A DNA stretch of 64,000 nucleotides from Eledone cirrhosa (Eukaryota): positions 37,634,001 to 37,698,000 of the forward strand of contig OZ024747.1 in assembly GCA_964016885.1 (NCBI GenBank), in the 5' to 3' direction. Positions 1-12,980 of the stretch are shown here, piece after piece (the first letter of the stretch is position 1; each line of letters begins with the position of its first letter). The position numbers were made by a program, and so were the translations under genes. The notes under the pieces were generated by a model. That model was not told where the DNA came from. It made no database searches and was given only the letters and a program-made list of their open reading frames with translations.

Positions 1-90
1 CCATGGAGGATGCAGAGGGGCTGGCACAGGCCCACCAGTAATGGAGGGCACTGGTGGACCGGGTCAGTTCTACACACAATGATGCTTCTA
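1..90 (+). mobile_element. LINE (RTE-like) 3' remnant
   Basis: Translates MEDAEGLAQAHQ*WRALVDRV, like the AQDRxxWRxLV C-terminal motif of RTE-type ORFs. Confidence 0.4.
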
Positions 91-830
91 GAACCAATGA
101 CCAGAATGACCCCAGACCCATTGAGCAAGAGTGATAGATAAATACCAATAGCATTGAGCTGGATTGATGCATTGAAAACAAACACATGAGCATACACAGT
201 TGGTATTTTTTCAGCAGTGTGCTTCAAGTTTTTTCTGTATAGGAAGTTATTTAATCATCATCATCATTGTTTAACAACCATTTTCCATGCTAACAAGGGA
301 CTGATGCATTCTATCGATGGCTCAGATAGGACAAGGGCTTGCATGTCACATGTTCTGCAGCCTACTAAGTGCATTTTATCATGGTACTAGCATAAGAGAG
401 ACTGTCATGTCTCTGACATAGCTGAAAAGTCCTTCAATTACACTTTTGTCAGGTTTTCTACGGCTGGATATTGCATATCCTTCACGTCACCAGCGATTTT
501 AAGGAGTGTACTAGATGCATTTATAAAGTAAATCATTAACACTAGAGAGTACCACTAAGATGCTTGTGGTAGGACAAGTATGAATCAATTGTATTCTATG
601 TAGAGGCTGTATCTATTCAACTCTAAAAACAAATGGTAATGTTGGCAGCAGTGCAGATGTGTGTGATGGTCACATTTTTCCTGATGACAGTTAATATCTT
701 AGGAATCCTCCTGGAAATGAAATCTAATATTCATTAAAGTGTACATGTCATATTCCATGCAGTAATATTAATATTATACTGTCACTATGCACTTAATCTC
801 ATGCAATTAAATTAATCATGAAACATAAAG

Positions 831-1093
831 TTAGTTTGTCCATGATACATATACAGATAGTTTGACCATGATACATATAAAGATAGTTTGACCATGATAC
901 ATATAAAGATAGTTTGACCATGATACATATACAGATAGTTTGACCATGATACATATAAAGATAGTTTGACCATGATACATATAAAGATAGTTTGACCACG
1001 ATACATATACAGATAGTTTGACCATGATACATATAAAGATAGTTTGACCATGATACATATAAAGATAGTTTGACCATGATACATATAAAGATA
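831..1093. repeat. 26-bp minisatellite, ~10 copies
   Basis: Unit GATAGTTTGACCATGATACATATA(A/C)A starting at 856, 882, 908 ... 1064. It explains the repetitive ORFs at 799-1182. Confidence 0.95.
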
Positions 1094-1424
1094 TAAGCAT
1101 GACAATATTCTAAAGAAAAGTAATTGTTATAAGGACAAAGCTCAAAATTGTAAGAAAAGAAACATAGTTGAATTATCCACAATATATCAATGGTATTTAT
1201 TACCTGAACCCTGTGTGAATGAAAGGTGTAGTTAATCTTGGTAAGACTGGAACTTGAAATTTAGAAGAAAATAAACATTGCAAGCTATCTTATTTAATTT
1301 CTCTAGCATTTCTACCATGTTATTCACTGATGGCAATGATTTGTTTCTGTGTGTATGGATATGTGTGTATGTGTGTGTGTGTGTGTGTGTGTACGTGTTA
1401 AAATCAATTTACACACCAGTGAAG

Positions 1425-1590
1425 TTGTGGCTTAGTGGTAAGGGTGTTGGACTTACAATCATAATGTTGTGGGTTTGATTCCTGGACTAGGTTGTGTGTT
1501 GCATTCTTGAGCAAAACACTTTATTTCACATTGCTCCAGTATACTCAAATGAAAATTAGTACCAGCAATAGCTGAGGGTTTAACCCTGCA
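1425..1590 (+). mobile_element. tRNA-derived SINE, family A
   Basis: A-box TGGCTTAGTGG, B-box-like GGGTTTGATTCC, then GAGCAAAACACTTTATTTCACATTGCTCCAG. Related copies at ~2612-2770, ~11625-11775, ~31110-31255 and 50763-50900. Confidence 0.75.
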
Positions 1591-2357
1591 AAAACTGGGA
1601 TAAACACCAACCTGATGAGCCTCTGATGAGACAGAGTTTAGACTAAATTAAATCCCAACTATTGCAAGTATGGATTTCTATTCTCTGGTTGACAACAATG
1701 ATCACTGCAACCACCACCACCACCACTATCCACTACATACTTCTAATATTATGTTAGCCCTAATCAAACCACCAGACACAAAACTAGCTATAATATAAGC
1801 TAACCCCAAATCGATCACTAGCTTACTAACATACTTGCTATGCTTGCTATACTTGCTATGTCACATGATCTATCTTTTTACAAATTTTCTCTGGTATCAA
1901 ACCTATTGTGATATTAGAAAAAGAATAACAATCAAAATACTGTAAAATACATTGGAGAATTTTCCTTTGCAGACTAAAATGCTTCGAAGGCAATGTCGTT
2001 ACTTCTAAATTAAAATGAGTTAAATAACAGTCTCACATTATGCACATGAATAGAAGAAAATTTTATGTAGGTCTATCTACACATTTCAACTACAACACAT
2101 ACATACAAATGAACTTATTATCTATAGACTCTGTAGCATTAAGATAAGGTTTATAACATAACTAATTAATGATTATCAAAAACAATCATTTAATAATTAA
2201 TTAAATAAACAGTGGCTACAATGGACATTAAGAAATCACTAAAATAACCCAACTAAATATTATAATGCATTAAGTTATGATTAACAATATTAATGTTGCT
2301 GTATTGTAGATAAAGTAAGATTAATTTAGTCTAAAACATGTGAAAAGTTTAACTCAC

Positions 2358-2479
2358 CTGCAACAGCTATACGTGAACTATCAATACCATATTCCTGAGC
2401 ATTCCTTAGGGTATGAACAGTAGCTGTCAGACAGTCTTCAAAAGGGGTTGGGAAAATGTGTTCTGGTGCTAATCGATAC
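2358..2479 (-). CDS. AADAC/NCEH1-like esterase, coding exon 5
   Basis: tttag acceptor and gtgagt donor; 122 nt. YRLAPEHIFPTPFEDCLTATVHTLRNAQEYGIDSSRIAVA(G) has the HSL-family YRLAPEH motif and runs up to the expected GDSAG nucleophile. The next exon was not found in the window. Confidence 0.93.
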
Positions 2480-3181
2480 CTAAATTATAGTAAAAATGAC
2501 GTATAAAATTAATATTTACACCAAAAAGGATTATATCTATTGTTGCCCCCCCCCCCCCCCCCAGCAGCGTTTTATCTTGTTGTTGTTGTGTGTCTTACAA
2601 ATTAATTTCAGTGAAGATGTGTGGCCAAGTGGTAAGGGTGTTGAGTTCATGATTGTAAGGTCATGGGTTTTATTCCAAGATAGAGTGATGCATGCTGTCC
2701 TTAAGCAAGGCACTTCATTTTGTGTAGCTGAAAATGAGTATCAGTTGCAGCAGCTGGGGGTAAGACTTAAAAGGGGCACTTAATTACTGTAAAATGATGA
2801 TTAGCTTCTTGGAGAAGCAAATCTTTGACATGAGACTAGGTTAATTCCTAATTTTGTTATATATCTACAATTTCTAACTGCAGTCATCATCATCATTGCA
2901 TGAGTTTAACAGGTTGTCATGTTATGAAGTGGGACATCTTGCTCATATGCTCCTTTTTTGGCTTGGTTTTCTATGGCTGGATTCCCCTTCCTGATGCCAA
3001 CCACCTTACTGTGTGTACTGGGAGCTTTTTTATGGGACCAGCACTTCAACATTACAGAATGGACTGGGTGTTTTTTCATGGCACCAATATGACCACATTA
3101 CAGGGTGAACAAGATGGTTTTTTTTTTTTGTTGTGGCATAAACACCACATGATGCTTTTTGTTGTGGCATCAGCAAGTGCA

Positions 3182-3420
3182 TACTCTCGTGCCCCAAATA
3201 ATAAGGGCATTGGAATAAGCAGGGGGTGAGGAGGTTGTAAAATTGATAATTTTTCTAGATTGTCTTGTCTCCCTTGATTCTTTTTAAAACCCAGAATTAG
3301 TCAGTTTACATATTGAGACCCCAACCCATCCCATTTATTTTATAACATGAGATTTCTAGTAATATACTTTTTTTGTCATATATAATGTTTTTTAATGTAT
3401 AAAGAAAATTGATTGTTGAA
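3182..3420 (+). mobile_element. Non-autonomous DNA transposon (pogo/Tigger-like) fragment
   Basis: Begins TACTCTCGTGCCCCAAATAAT. Homologous to 7701-7852 plus 11025-11208, a copy split by the RTE insertion and with matching imperfect TIRs. Confidence 0.5.
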
Positions 3421-3536
3421 GGAATGCTAATTTGAGTGAGAGAGACAGACAGTTTGATAAAGAAAAAAATGTCAAATTTCCATAAATATATAATCAGAAA
3501 TATAAGGGAAAGTTAAATGTTCTAAAAGTTACTCAC

Positions 3537-3600
3537 TCAACAGCAATGAAAGCTGCACCAGAATCAACAGTAAGCCTTTCTAGTAGACTGTGCATATGAT
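3537..3600 (-). CDS. AADAC/NCEH1-like esterase, coding exon 4
   Basis: tctttaacag acceptor and gtgagt donor; 64 nt, phase 1-2. (D)HMHSLLERLTVDSGAAFIAV(E) links exons 3 and 5 in frame. Confidence 0.88.
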
Positions 3601-3654
3601 CTGTTAAAGAATATAGCAAATTTATGTACATTAAAAATTATATATATAAATATA

Positions 3655-6376
3655 AGAGAGTGTTGAAGTTTGCTTGAAGCATTGTGGAATAATAAAAATG
3701 GTCGTTTTGGAAGCCTCAACAATGCAGATGGACAAATCACTGGATAACAGAATCAGGTGGTCATGAGAGAGAAATGTAACAGGAAGTGTAGAAAGAGACG
3801 TAGAGAGCGTAAAGGAACATAGGAAAAGTGTAAAATATAATAACACGAGATCGAGTTACCTTGGAAGTGATTTAATAGTCCCTATATTTCGGATTTCGCA
3901 TCCATCAATTGGGGGTTTTCCGAGGAGGAAAAGTTATGTCGGAGAGGGACAACATGTGGCCTCCACTGTTTGCCGTGTGCGTACATCTGAACTACTCTAT
4001 CGGGTACGTGTGCACACGGAATAGTTGCGGTCAGTCAAAGTTTGAGGCAGTTCTTCTATACTGGAGTAGTGGGGTGGTGATGTGTCAGTGTGTACGCCTC
4101 TTTGTTGTCAATTATTTACGTTTGGTCTGTGGTAGTGAGGGTCACTGGCATGCATGGTGATAATAGTCTGCCTGCCTGTTGTCTGTCGGTCGGTGGATGG
4201 TGGGCACAATACACACACAATAAAAAATCACTCGATTGCTACTGTGTCTGTTTTGTTGTTCCATTTGTTTACACCAGCCATCTCATCTCCTCTCGGATTG
4301 ATTATTGATTTGTGGTCTGAGGTGTTTGATCCAGAGTGCCTCCTTGATCCTTAAAGTGCCAACGTTGCGTTCCGTCGCTAACAACACCCTAGTTCTCCAA
4401 CACCTTGACAAGACAACCTCTACTCTAAGGTCACAGGGATCACTCCCACGCAGATTGAGGAGCATATCAACGCCACCTGGACTAACATCTGCGACTGGCA
4501 GAAACTCCTGAAGAAGCTATAGAAACAACCTACTCACGAAGAACAGTAGACTACCCACCTGATATCACCTTGTGAAAACTGACAAACAGGGACTCAACCT
4601 GAAAATCAGGCCTATTGTATCGAAAATACGGAAGCCCCTACTGAACACCCTGCCGGGACATGTCAGCCGGTCTGAGGAAGTGTTAGAGCATCTACACCAA
4701 ATGGATCCAGACACCCAAAGGGATAACAGATATGCATTCAGCCTTGATGTGGTGCTTTGTACACCTCGGTTCCGGCGCTCCCGGCCGTTGATATACTGAC
4801 AGAACGTGTCCAGCCTACCAACCTACACTGCTTTGGGCTCATTCCCACTAACATCCACCAGCTTCTATCCATTGTATTTGACAACACATATTTCAATTTT
4901 CTCGACCACACATACCGGCAGACTTCAGGGCTACCCATGGGCTCAAGCCTGTCAGGTGTGTTAACAATCTCGTATATGGACAGCCTTGAGCACAAGGCAC
5001 TCAACACCTGCCACCCCAACGCTGTCACCTTCTTCTCAAGATACGTGGATGACATCCTCATCCTCACATCTTCCCTGGAGATGGCGAACAGGATTTACGA
5101 GATGCTCAGCAATACGGACGAGAATATTGACTTCAGTATTGAGCATCCTGACGACGACAGATCCTTTGCTCTCCTCGACTTCTGAATCATGGAATGGAGG
5201 GATCAACACCAACTTTTACCGCAAGGCAGCCTGCAGGGACTTGTTCGTCCATTGCAATGAATACCCAACATCATTTACAAGCAGAGTAAGGGACACCAGA
5301 CACAAGAGGCAGAGAAACACGAAAGGCAAGTACTTCCTTAAGATCCCGCACCTGGGCGAGAAAACCACCAACACTATCCGCAGGGCCATACAGACAGAGG
5401 GCCTCTATATCCACTTGGCCCACTGAGGGCCTTCCCTACGGAGATGCATCTCCAGGAAACGCGACAAATTGGTTGACGTGTTCCCTCAGCAACTATCCAA
5501 TATGCCAGACAAACTGTTGCTTACGAACGTACATCGTATACAAGATTGAATGTGGCAAGTGTAATGACTTCTACATCGGTAGCGCCATCCGGCCACTACA
5601 TGTCCAGATCAAGGAACACATCAACACTAGGACCTTGTCTTTCCGGAAACACATAATCAAATGCGGAAACAAAGACGGAAGGCCCATTGCCACAGTGTTA
5701 GCGATGGAACGCAACGTTGGCACTTTAAGGATCAAGGAGGCACTCTGGATCAAACAGCTCAGACCACAAATCAATAATCGATCTGAGAGGAGATGAGATG
5801 GCTGGTGTAAACAAATGGAACAACAAAACACACACAGTAGCAATCGGGTGATTTTTATTGTGTGTGTATTGTGCCCACCATCCACCAACCGACAGATAAC
5901 AGGCAGGCAGACTATTATCACCATGCATGCCAGTGACCCTCACTACCACAGACCAAACGTAAATAATTGACAACAAAGAGGCGTACACACTGACACATCA
6001 CCAGCCCACTACTCTAGTATAGAAGAACTGCCTCAAATTTTGACTGACCGCAACTATTCCGTGTGCACACGCACCCGATAGAGTAGTTCAGATGTACGCA
6101 CACGGCAAACAGTGGAGGCCACGTGTTGTCCCTCTCCAACATAACTTTTCCTCCTCGGAAAACCCCCAATTGATGGATGCGAAATCAGAAATATAGGGAC
6201 TATTAAATCACTTCCAAGGTACCTCTATTATATTTTACACTTTTCCTACATCCCTTTACCCTCTCTACGTCTGTTTCTACACTTCCTCTTACATCTCTCT
6301 CTCATTACCACCTGATTCTGTTACCCAGAGATTTACCCATCTGCATTGTTCAGGCTTCCAAAATGACCATTTTTAT
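3655..6376 (+). mobile_element. Penelope-like element family 1, 5'-truncated, with inverted pseudo-LTR
   Basis: RT pieces (IRPIVS, QTSGLPMGSSLSG, RYVDD) and GIY-YIG endonuclease (IVYKIECGKCNDFYIG...IKEH) with frameshifts. About 3692-4385 is the reverse complement of about 5695-6375. Confidence 0.92.
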
Positions 6377-7537
6377 ATATAAATATATATTTTGATAGTC
6401 TGCAGTACTTGAACTGGGAAGACCACAAATCAAAGAATTACTCAAAACATGATTAGATGCTGAGTGGATATATTAGTGGAACTAGAGGACCAACCATGAG
6501 CTCAGTGGTTTTGGTGTGATGTGAATAAACAGAGATGGGATATGAACTAGTCCCTGAATTGATGTCTGATATATAGATACAGCTGAAACAGCTCAGCACA
6601 GGAATTTTGCTGAGATTTGAACCAGTACCAACTTTGAGAGAAATTTGATTTTTTTAATCAACTTTCAGGTACTCCATAGCTTTGATACTAGGAGTGCTGT
6701 GTCACTAATCCCTTATATCAAAAAGGTAAAACTGTATTCATGATGTGAGAACATATAAACTCACACCGACATATTTGATTTTGTGGTTGATTTAATTTAA
6801 TACTTAGTATGTAATTATTACATCCAGATTAGTAAAGGCACACCATATCCCAACATATCATTAGAGGCTATTGAAAGGGTTAGTGCCAGAAAGAGCATAT
6901 TGCTGTAAACTTTTGCCCTGCCAAACACCATGAGGCTTGCATAATAAGCTTGTTGTTATTGTTGTTAGTATATTTACTGTCATTACCAGTGGAACGATTA
7001 CACTGGTTATGAAATATAATTTTAATGGATTACCTCTAAGAATTTTCAACACAAAATTATACTAGATAAGCACCATTTTGTGACACAATCACTAGAATCA
7101 TTTGAACCCAATTACCTTCAATGGTTATATTCTTCTGCCAATTAAAATAAAAAAAAAATGCATGCACACACACACCTAACAACTGCTATAACAATTATTT
7201 CTTTCTACTAAATCTGAGCTTTGATAAAACCTACTTGAAGTCAAATATAAGCATACAACAAATCAGGACCAAAATTTAGTTTAGCTTGCTGTGCATGTGG
7301 CCAGATTGCTAAAAACAATGAATAAGTATGAAAGAATAAAGCTGTTTAACTCATTGTCCTTGGGAAGGGCATGAACATTACATTTTATCCTCCTCCTGGT
7401 AATTCTTTTCATCTTATCAAAACAAACATTACAAACGAATTTACTTTGTCTTTCACCACTACAATCACCATGCATCTTATGATGTACACAGCTTTCTATA
7501 AATCATAAATTAGAAAGATGTCCATTTCACAACATAC

Positions 7538-7670
7538 CTATTCCGAAATATACCCATCCTCCAGCATGAAAATACACAACTCCTGGCAGTAATTTTGTCT
7601 TATCGTTCTCTTTTACTCCAGCTGGATAATAAATTCTGACTTTCACTCCACTGAAGTTTTCATCAACAAT
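7538..7670 (-). CDS. AADAC/NCEH1-like esterase, coding exon 3
   Basis: ttttgacag acceptor and gtatgt donor; 133 nt. IVDENFSGVKVRIYYPAGVKENDKTKLLPGVVYFHAGGWVYFGI contains VRIYxP and the HSL-family HGGG-type motif (here HAGG). Confidence 0.92.
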
Positions 7671-7859
7671 CTGTCAAAATATGAAAAAAAAAAGTGAAAA
7701 TACTCTTGGGTCCCAAATAATAGGGAGGAGGGATCTAAGTGCAGGTAGCAGGGAGTTTGGAAAATCGATAATTTTCCTAGTTTGTGTTGTTTCTCTTGAA
7801 TTTTTTTAAAAGGCAGAATTAGTTGTTTAGTTTACATTTAGTTTACATATTGTTTGGTT

Positions 7860-10800
7860 TACAATTATGAGCACAGCGACAAATATATATCGCAATAACT
7901 GCATAAACAGCAATAACACTAACCATGTTAGGGCTACGCACGGTAGTGGGGTGGCTAGTGTGACCATGTGTGAGAACCCCCCGACCATCTTCAAGCAATC
8001 ACACAACAGTAAAAAGAACGAGACGTCGCATCTCAGAGGTGCCACACTTAATGTTGGCACTCTAACAGGTAGATCTGGTGAGATAGCGGAGATGCTGGAG
8101 AGAAGGCATGTGGATGTGTGCAAGAGGTGAGATGGATAGGTGCCTCTGCAAGACTAATTGCAGGCAAACATCGTAGTTATAAGCTTTTCTGGGTAGGTAA
8201 GGATGATGGGTTAGGTGGGGTAAGCATTTTCCTGGCTGAGAGATGGATCAATAAGACAAAGGTAGTTTGAGTTAATAATAGAATAATTAAGCTTAGATTA
8301 GTTGTCGGCAGGAGACTACTGGCAATCATCTCTGCCTATGCTCCCCAAGCAGGCCTAGGTAAAAAAGAGAAAGACTGCTTTTACGAGCAACTTTTACAAA
8401 CAGCCACAATGACAGAGGACGGAGACATCGTTATGCTAGCAGGGGACTTCAATGGATGGATACACTGGGGTACATGGAGGGCACGGTTACAGCTCAAGAA
8501 ATGAAGAAGGAGTAAGACTTCTTGAATTTTGTGATGCAAGTACACTGACCATTTGCAACACTAACTTCCAGAAGCCTACCAACCACCTAATAACCTACAA
8601 ATCAGGCGAACACATAAGCCAGATTGACTTCTTACTAATTAGGCAGCGGGATAGGCAGATGGTGTTAAATACCAAGGCATACCCTGGGGAAGAATGTACC
8701 CCACTGCATAGGTTAGTCGTTAGTAATATCTCAGCAAGCAAGAGACGGAATTAGATATACAGGAAGGTGTGGAGAAGAAAGGTCTGGAAGCTAAAAGACC
8801 TTTCACTAAAATACAAATATAGGAAAGCCCTTCAAGATGCGTATGACGAAAAAGAAGATGAGTTGTATGACATAGATGATAACTGGAATTTCTTATGTGA
8901 CAACTTACTGCAGGCTACTGATGAAACTTCTGGCTGAAGCAGAGATCCAACCAGACAGAGAGTGACCAGGTGGTGGAACAGCATGGTAGATAGGGCCATT
9001 AGAGACAAAAGACTAGCATGGAAGGCTTGGAAAAAGGGTGGGAGTAGAGAAGGATATACAGCTGCTAAGAGAGAAGCTAGACGTCAGGTGTATTTAGCAC
9101 GCAGGGAAGCTGAGAGTAGGAGGTTTGCCAATGTTTGCGACGGGAAGATCAGAGATGTGCGGTGTTCCACATTGCAAGGCAGTGTGTCAATGCAAATCAG
9201 GATGTTGTTGGAGATAAATGTGTCCAGAATGATGCCGGTGTCACGAATGATCAGAAAAAGGAAGCCTGGAAATGTCATTATGAGAGACTGATGAATGTGG
9301 AGAACGAATGGGAGAGAGAAATTACCCTCAGTAGATCCGACAGAGGGACCAGCTATTGAGATCGACGAATATAGGGGCCAAGAGTCAATTAAGGAAATGA
9401 AAAATAGTAAGGCCGCTGGACCGTCGGGGATAGTTGCTGAGATGCTGAAGGCATCAGGGGACGTAGGCACTAAACTGGTTGCATGCATCATCAATCAGGC
9501 TATATATGGTGGTGTCATACCCAAAGACTGGTGCAGTAGTATTCTCATAAATTGCTACAAAGGTAAAGGGGATGCTCTGGAGAGGAGCAATTATAGGGGT
9601 ATAAAACTGATGGATCAGGTTATGAAAGTGGCAGAAAGGATATTAGCGCAACTAATTAGAGAAAGGGTCAAACTAGATGAGATGCAGTTTGGTTTTGTGC
9701 CTGGGAAAAGTACAACAGATGCCCTCTTCATGGTGAGACAATTACAAGAGAGGTTCTTAGAGAAGAATAAGCCACTATACTTAGCTTTTGTTGACCTAGA
9801 GAAGGCCTTTGATAGGGTACCCCGATCTGTCATCTGGTGGTCCCTAAGGAAACTAGGTGTTGAGGAATGGCTTGTGAGGACAGTGCAAACTTTGTACAGA
9901 GGTGCTGTCAGTAAAGTCAGGGTAGGAATGGAGTTTAGTGAGAAATTCCAGATACAAGTAGGGGTACATCAGAGTTCATTCCTCAGCCCGCTCTTGTTCA
10001 TTATAGTCCTCCAAGCCATAACAGAGGAGTTTAAGACTGGCTGTCCATGGGAACTTCCCGATGCTGACGATCTGGTTCTTATAGCAGAATCAGTAGAGGA
10101 GCTAGAGAATAAATTCTGGCTATGGAAACAGCAGTTGGAATCAAGAGGACTGAGAGTGAACCTAGCTAAGACAAAAGTGTTAAGTAGAAAAGAGAACAAA
10201 ACTGATTCTGTCAAGGAAATGGCCATGTTCGATATGCAGAAAAGGAACTGGCATAAATTCTATAAAATGCACACAATGCAGATCTTGGGTACACAAGAGA
10301 TGTAGTGGGATAGCAGGCAAACTAACAGGTAGGGAGAAATACATATGCAGTAGATGTACAGGGAAATTAGACAGTAGAATTCGCATTGATAGACACATTT
10401 TTCAAATGCAGGTGGGTGCTATAGAAGTGGTTGATAGCTTACGGTACCTAGGAGATCAGATTAGCATGGGAGGGGGAGGGGGTTCTGAGGCCAAAGTATG
10501 TAGAATAAGGATGGGTTGGAAGAAGTTTAGGGAGCTGCGTCCTCTGCTGACGAAGAAGGGTTTCTCGCTGCATATGAAAGACCAGTTATATGATGCCTGT
10601 GTGAGGAGCGCGATGCTGCATGGTAGTGAGACACGGGCAGCAACTGCAGAGGATATGCAATGGCTGGAGAGAAATGAGGCAAGCATGCTCCATTGGATGT
10701 GCAGTGTCAATGTACGTGAACGACCCAGCATGGATGTGTTGAGAGAGAAACTGTCTGAGAGGGATAGAATGTAGTGTACGGGAGAGGAGACTGAAGTGGT

Positions 10801-11024
10801 ATGGACATGTGATGCGCATGGAGGATGACCGATGGGTGAAGAAGTGCCAGGAAATGCCAGTTGAGGGAAGATGTGGTAGAGGTAGACCACGAAAAACATG
10901 AGGTGGTGAGAGCAGACCTCAGATCGCTGAAGCTCACAGTGGAGATGACGAAGGACCGTGAGAAGTGGAGAGATGCTGTGTTGAATAAGACCCGTCCCAC
11001 CCTTACAAGCAGGGAAAAGCGGAC
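7860..11024 (+). mobile_element. RTE-clade LINE, near full length, frameshifted
   Basis: APE start ATLNVGTLTGR, GDFN and IDF motifs; RT QFGFVPGKSTTDA, FVDLEKAFDRVP, ADDL; C-terminal Cys/His finger. Nested in a DNA-transposon remnant in intron 2, antisense to the gene. Confidence 0.93.
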
Positions 11025-11771
11025 CTATTTATTTTATAACATATGAGATTTCTTGTAACATTCTTTTTTTTGTTATGTATAATCTTTTTTAATGTCTCAA
11101 GAAAATAATTTCACCAGAGATAGATCAGCAAAATTTAATAAGAAGTGGGGTTAGAAAAAATCTGAAAAATTAATAAGCTGGGGAACGATTATTCAAGACC
11201 AAAAAGTACACAAAATACAAAACTGTTTTCTGAGCCCCTTAAAAGTGTAATCTTTTTTTTTTAAATTTATACCTATTGAACAAAAATTAACTTCAGTTAT
11301 TTTAAGTATGTTAATTTTTCATGTTTACATAAATTTAGCGATAGTTTCACCCCTGCTTCAACAATTACAGTGACGTACATGCTTAACTGATGAGGTTTAA
11401 TAATACTGAAATATGTCTTCTTGAGTAGTTTTCCATGCTTGCCAAAATGATTAATATAATATAGATAATTAAACTGACATCTTTTTAACACCACATAATT
11501 ATTTATACTTATGTTTGAAGCTCACAATATTAAATATGTTACCACAAACAAGTATTGTTTTTCCATACAGTTGGCGGCACTGAGTAGTTAACCTCAGTGG
11601 TTTATTTTTGTTACATATGCAGGCATAGCTGTGTGGTTAAGAAATTCACTTTGCAACCATATAGTATCCAGTTTGCTTCTATTGAGTGGCACTGTAGTTG
11701 TCTTTTACTATAGCCCTGGGTGTTTAATGTCATGTGAGAGGAATTTTGTTGATGGAGATTGTATGGAAGCC

Positions 11772-11829
<58 letters not shown>

Positions 11830-11835
<6 letters not shown>

Positions 11836-12188
11836 ATACTTGGGGAGGGTCATATTTGAGTAATAATATTGCCAGAATTAATAACCAGAACACACTCACT
11901 GTTTGGTTGGTTTTCGCTTCTGTGTCTTTTATATCGGTTAATTTAATTTATTCGGTCCTCAATGTTACCATTGACCCACCAATGGTAAAAAATACAGATA
12001 CAATATAGACACAAACACATATATATATAGTCTAACAAAGTTCTTTCGTTGCACATCTGCAACATCGTCAGTGGTGCTATTATGTTTCCTCCTGTTGTAT
12101 TGTATGCCTACGCCATCTTTATTTAATCTGTTTATTTCAACACATGATTTCATATCAAAAACCTCGCAAAACTAATTCATCACCGTTA
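11830..12188 (-). mobile_element. Solo pseudo-LTR fragment of PLE family 2
   Basis: Homologous to 38148-38460. Its last ~50 nt are an inverted copy of the family terminus (38092-38145). Flanked by (TA)n. HHR-like core at 12044-12071. Confidence 0.85.
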
Positions 12189-12326
12189 TATATATATATA
12201 TATATGTATGTATACGTACATACATACATGTATACAGACGTACAGTAGCATGCATACATATATATATATATATATATACATACAGGTACACATACATATA
12301 TGTACGTATCAGTTTAGCGGACGCTT

Positions 12327-12543
12327 ATTAGAAATAGGAGTAGGAGCTTTCACCGTATTTTTTTTTACTAAAGAAATTTTAGTCTGATAGTGGGGTTTAG
12401 AACCCTCAGAGAAATGGAAAAAGATGAGTATAGTACATCAATACTCATCTTTTTCCATTTCTCTGAGGGTTCTAAACCCCACTATCAGACTAAAATTTCT
12501 TTAGTCAAAAAATACGGTGAAAGCTCCTACTCCTATTTCTAAT
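12327..12543. repeat. Foldback, ~105-bp arms with 9-nt spacer
   Basis: 12327-12431 versus 12441-12543 are near-perfect reverse complements. Confidence 0.9.
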
Positions 12544-12664
12544 TTCAAACATGCTCACCGTTTCAAAACATACTGAATATATATATAACAAAGGAATTGT
12601 GGTCAGGAACCAGATGGACCATAATGCACCAGAGTACTCAATACTTAGGGTAGTAGAGTGGGTA

Positions 12665-12774
12665 ATAGGAAAAGGTATGACCCCGACAGCAGAGCTCAAG
12701 CCGTTTCGATGGCTATATTTCAATATTTTTCGAAACGGCTTGAGCTCTGCCGTCGGGGTCATACCTTTTCCTAT
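12665..12774. repeat. Foldback with ~45-bp arms containing the 3' half of an HHR
   Basis: GAAACGGC...GCCGTC|GGGG forms stem III plus a GUC cleavage triplet; the CUGA half is missing. Another copy at 56827-56880. Confidence 0.7.
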
Positions 12775-12980
12775 ATATATATACATATATATATATATAC
12801 ACACACAGTGGTCTCCCGGTATTCATGGGGGTTATGTTCCTAGAGCATCCGCGAAGAGTGAAAAACCGTAAATATTGGTCGTGGTCCATAAAAATGCCTA
12901 TAAATGTCAAAATATAATGTAAAATATAAAAAAAAAAGGGGACCGTCCAATAGGCAGGCAAATACAGTATATTGTTAATA

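Noticed and set aside
831-1093. CRISPR-like array or repetitive protein
   Set aside because: Units are contiguous with no unique spacers, the context is eukaryotic, and the ORFs are by-products of the 26-bp period.
1200-1260. Apparent minus-strand exon ending CAG|gtaat
   Set aside because: It is a degenerate family B SINE body and has no GDSAG-type translation.
1612-1640. Two CTGATGA motifs
   Set aside because: No GAAA partner or closing stems; lies in a SINE tail.
5785-5810. In-frame TGA as possible selenocysteine codon, as in Naiad PLEs
   Set aside because: Comparison with the 62192 copy (SERSEMRWLV*) shows a 2-nt deletion frameshift, not a Cys-position UGA.
11297-11494. Candidate esterase exon
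   Set aside because: No homology, and the exon chain is already complete and in frame without it.
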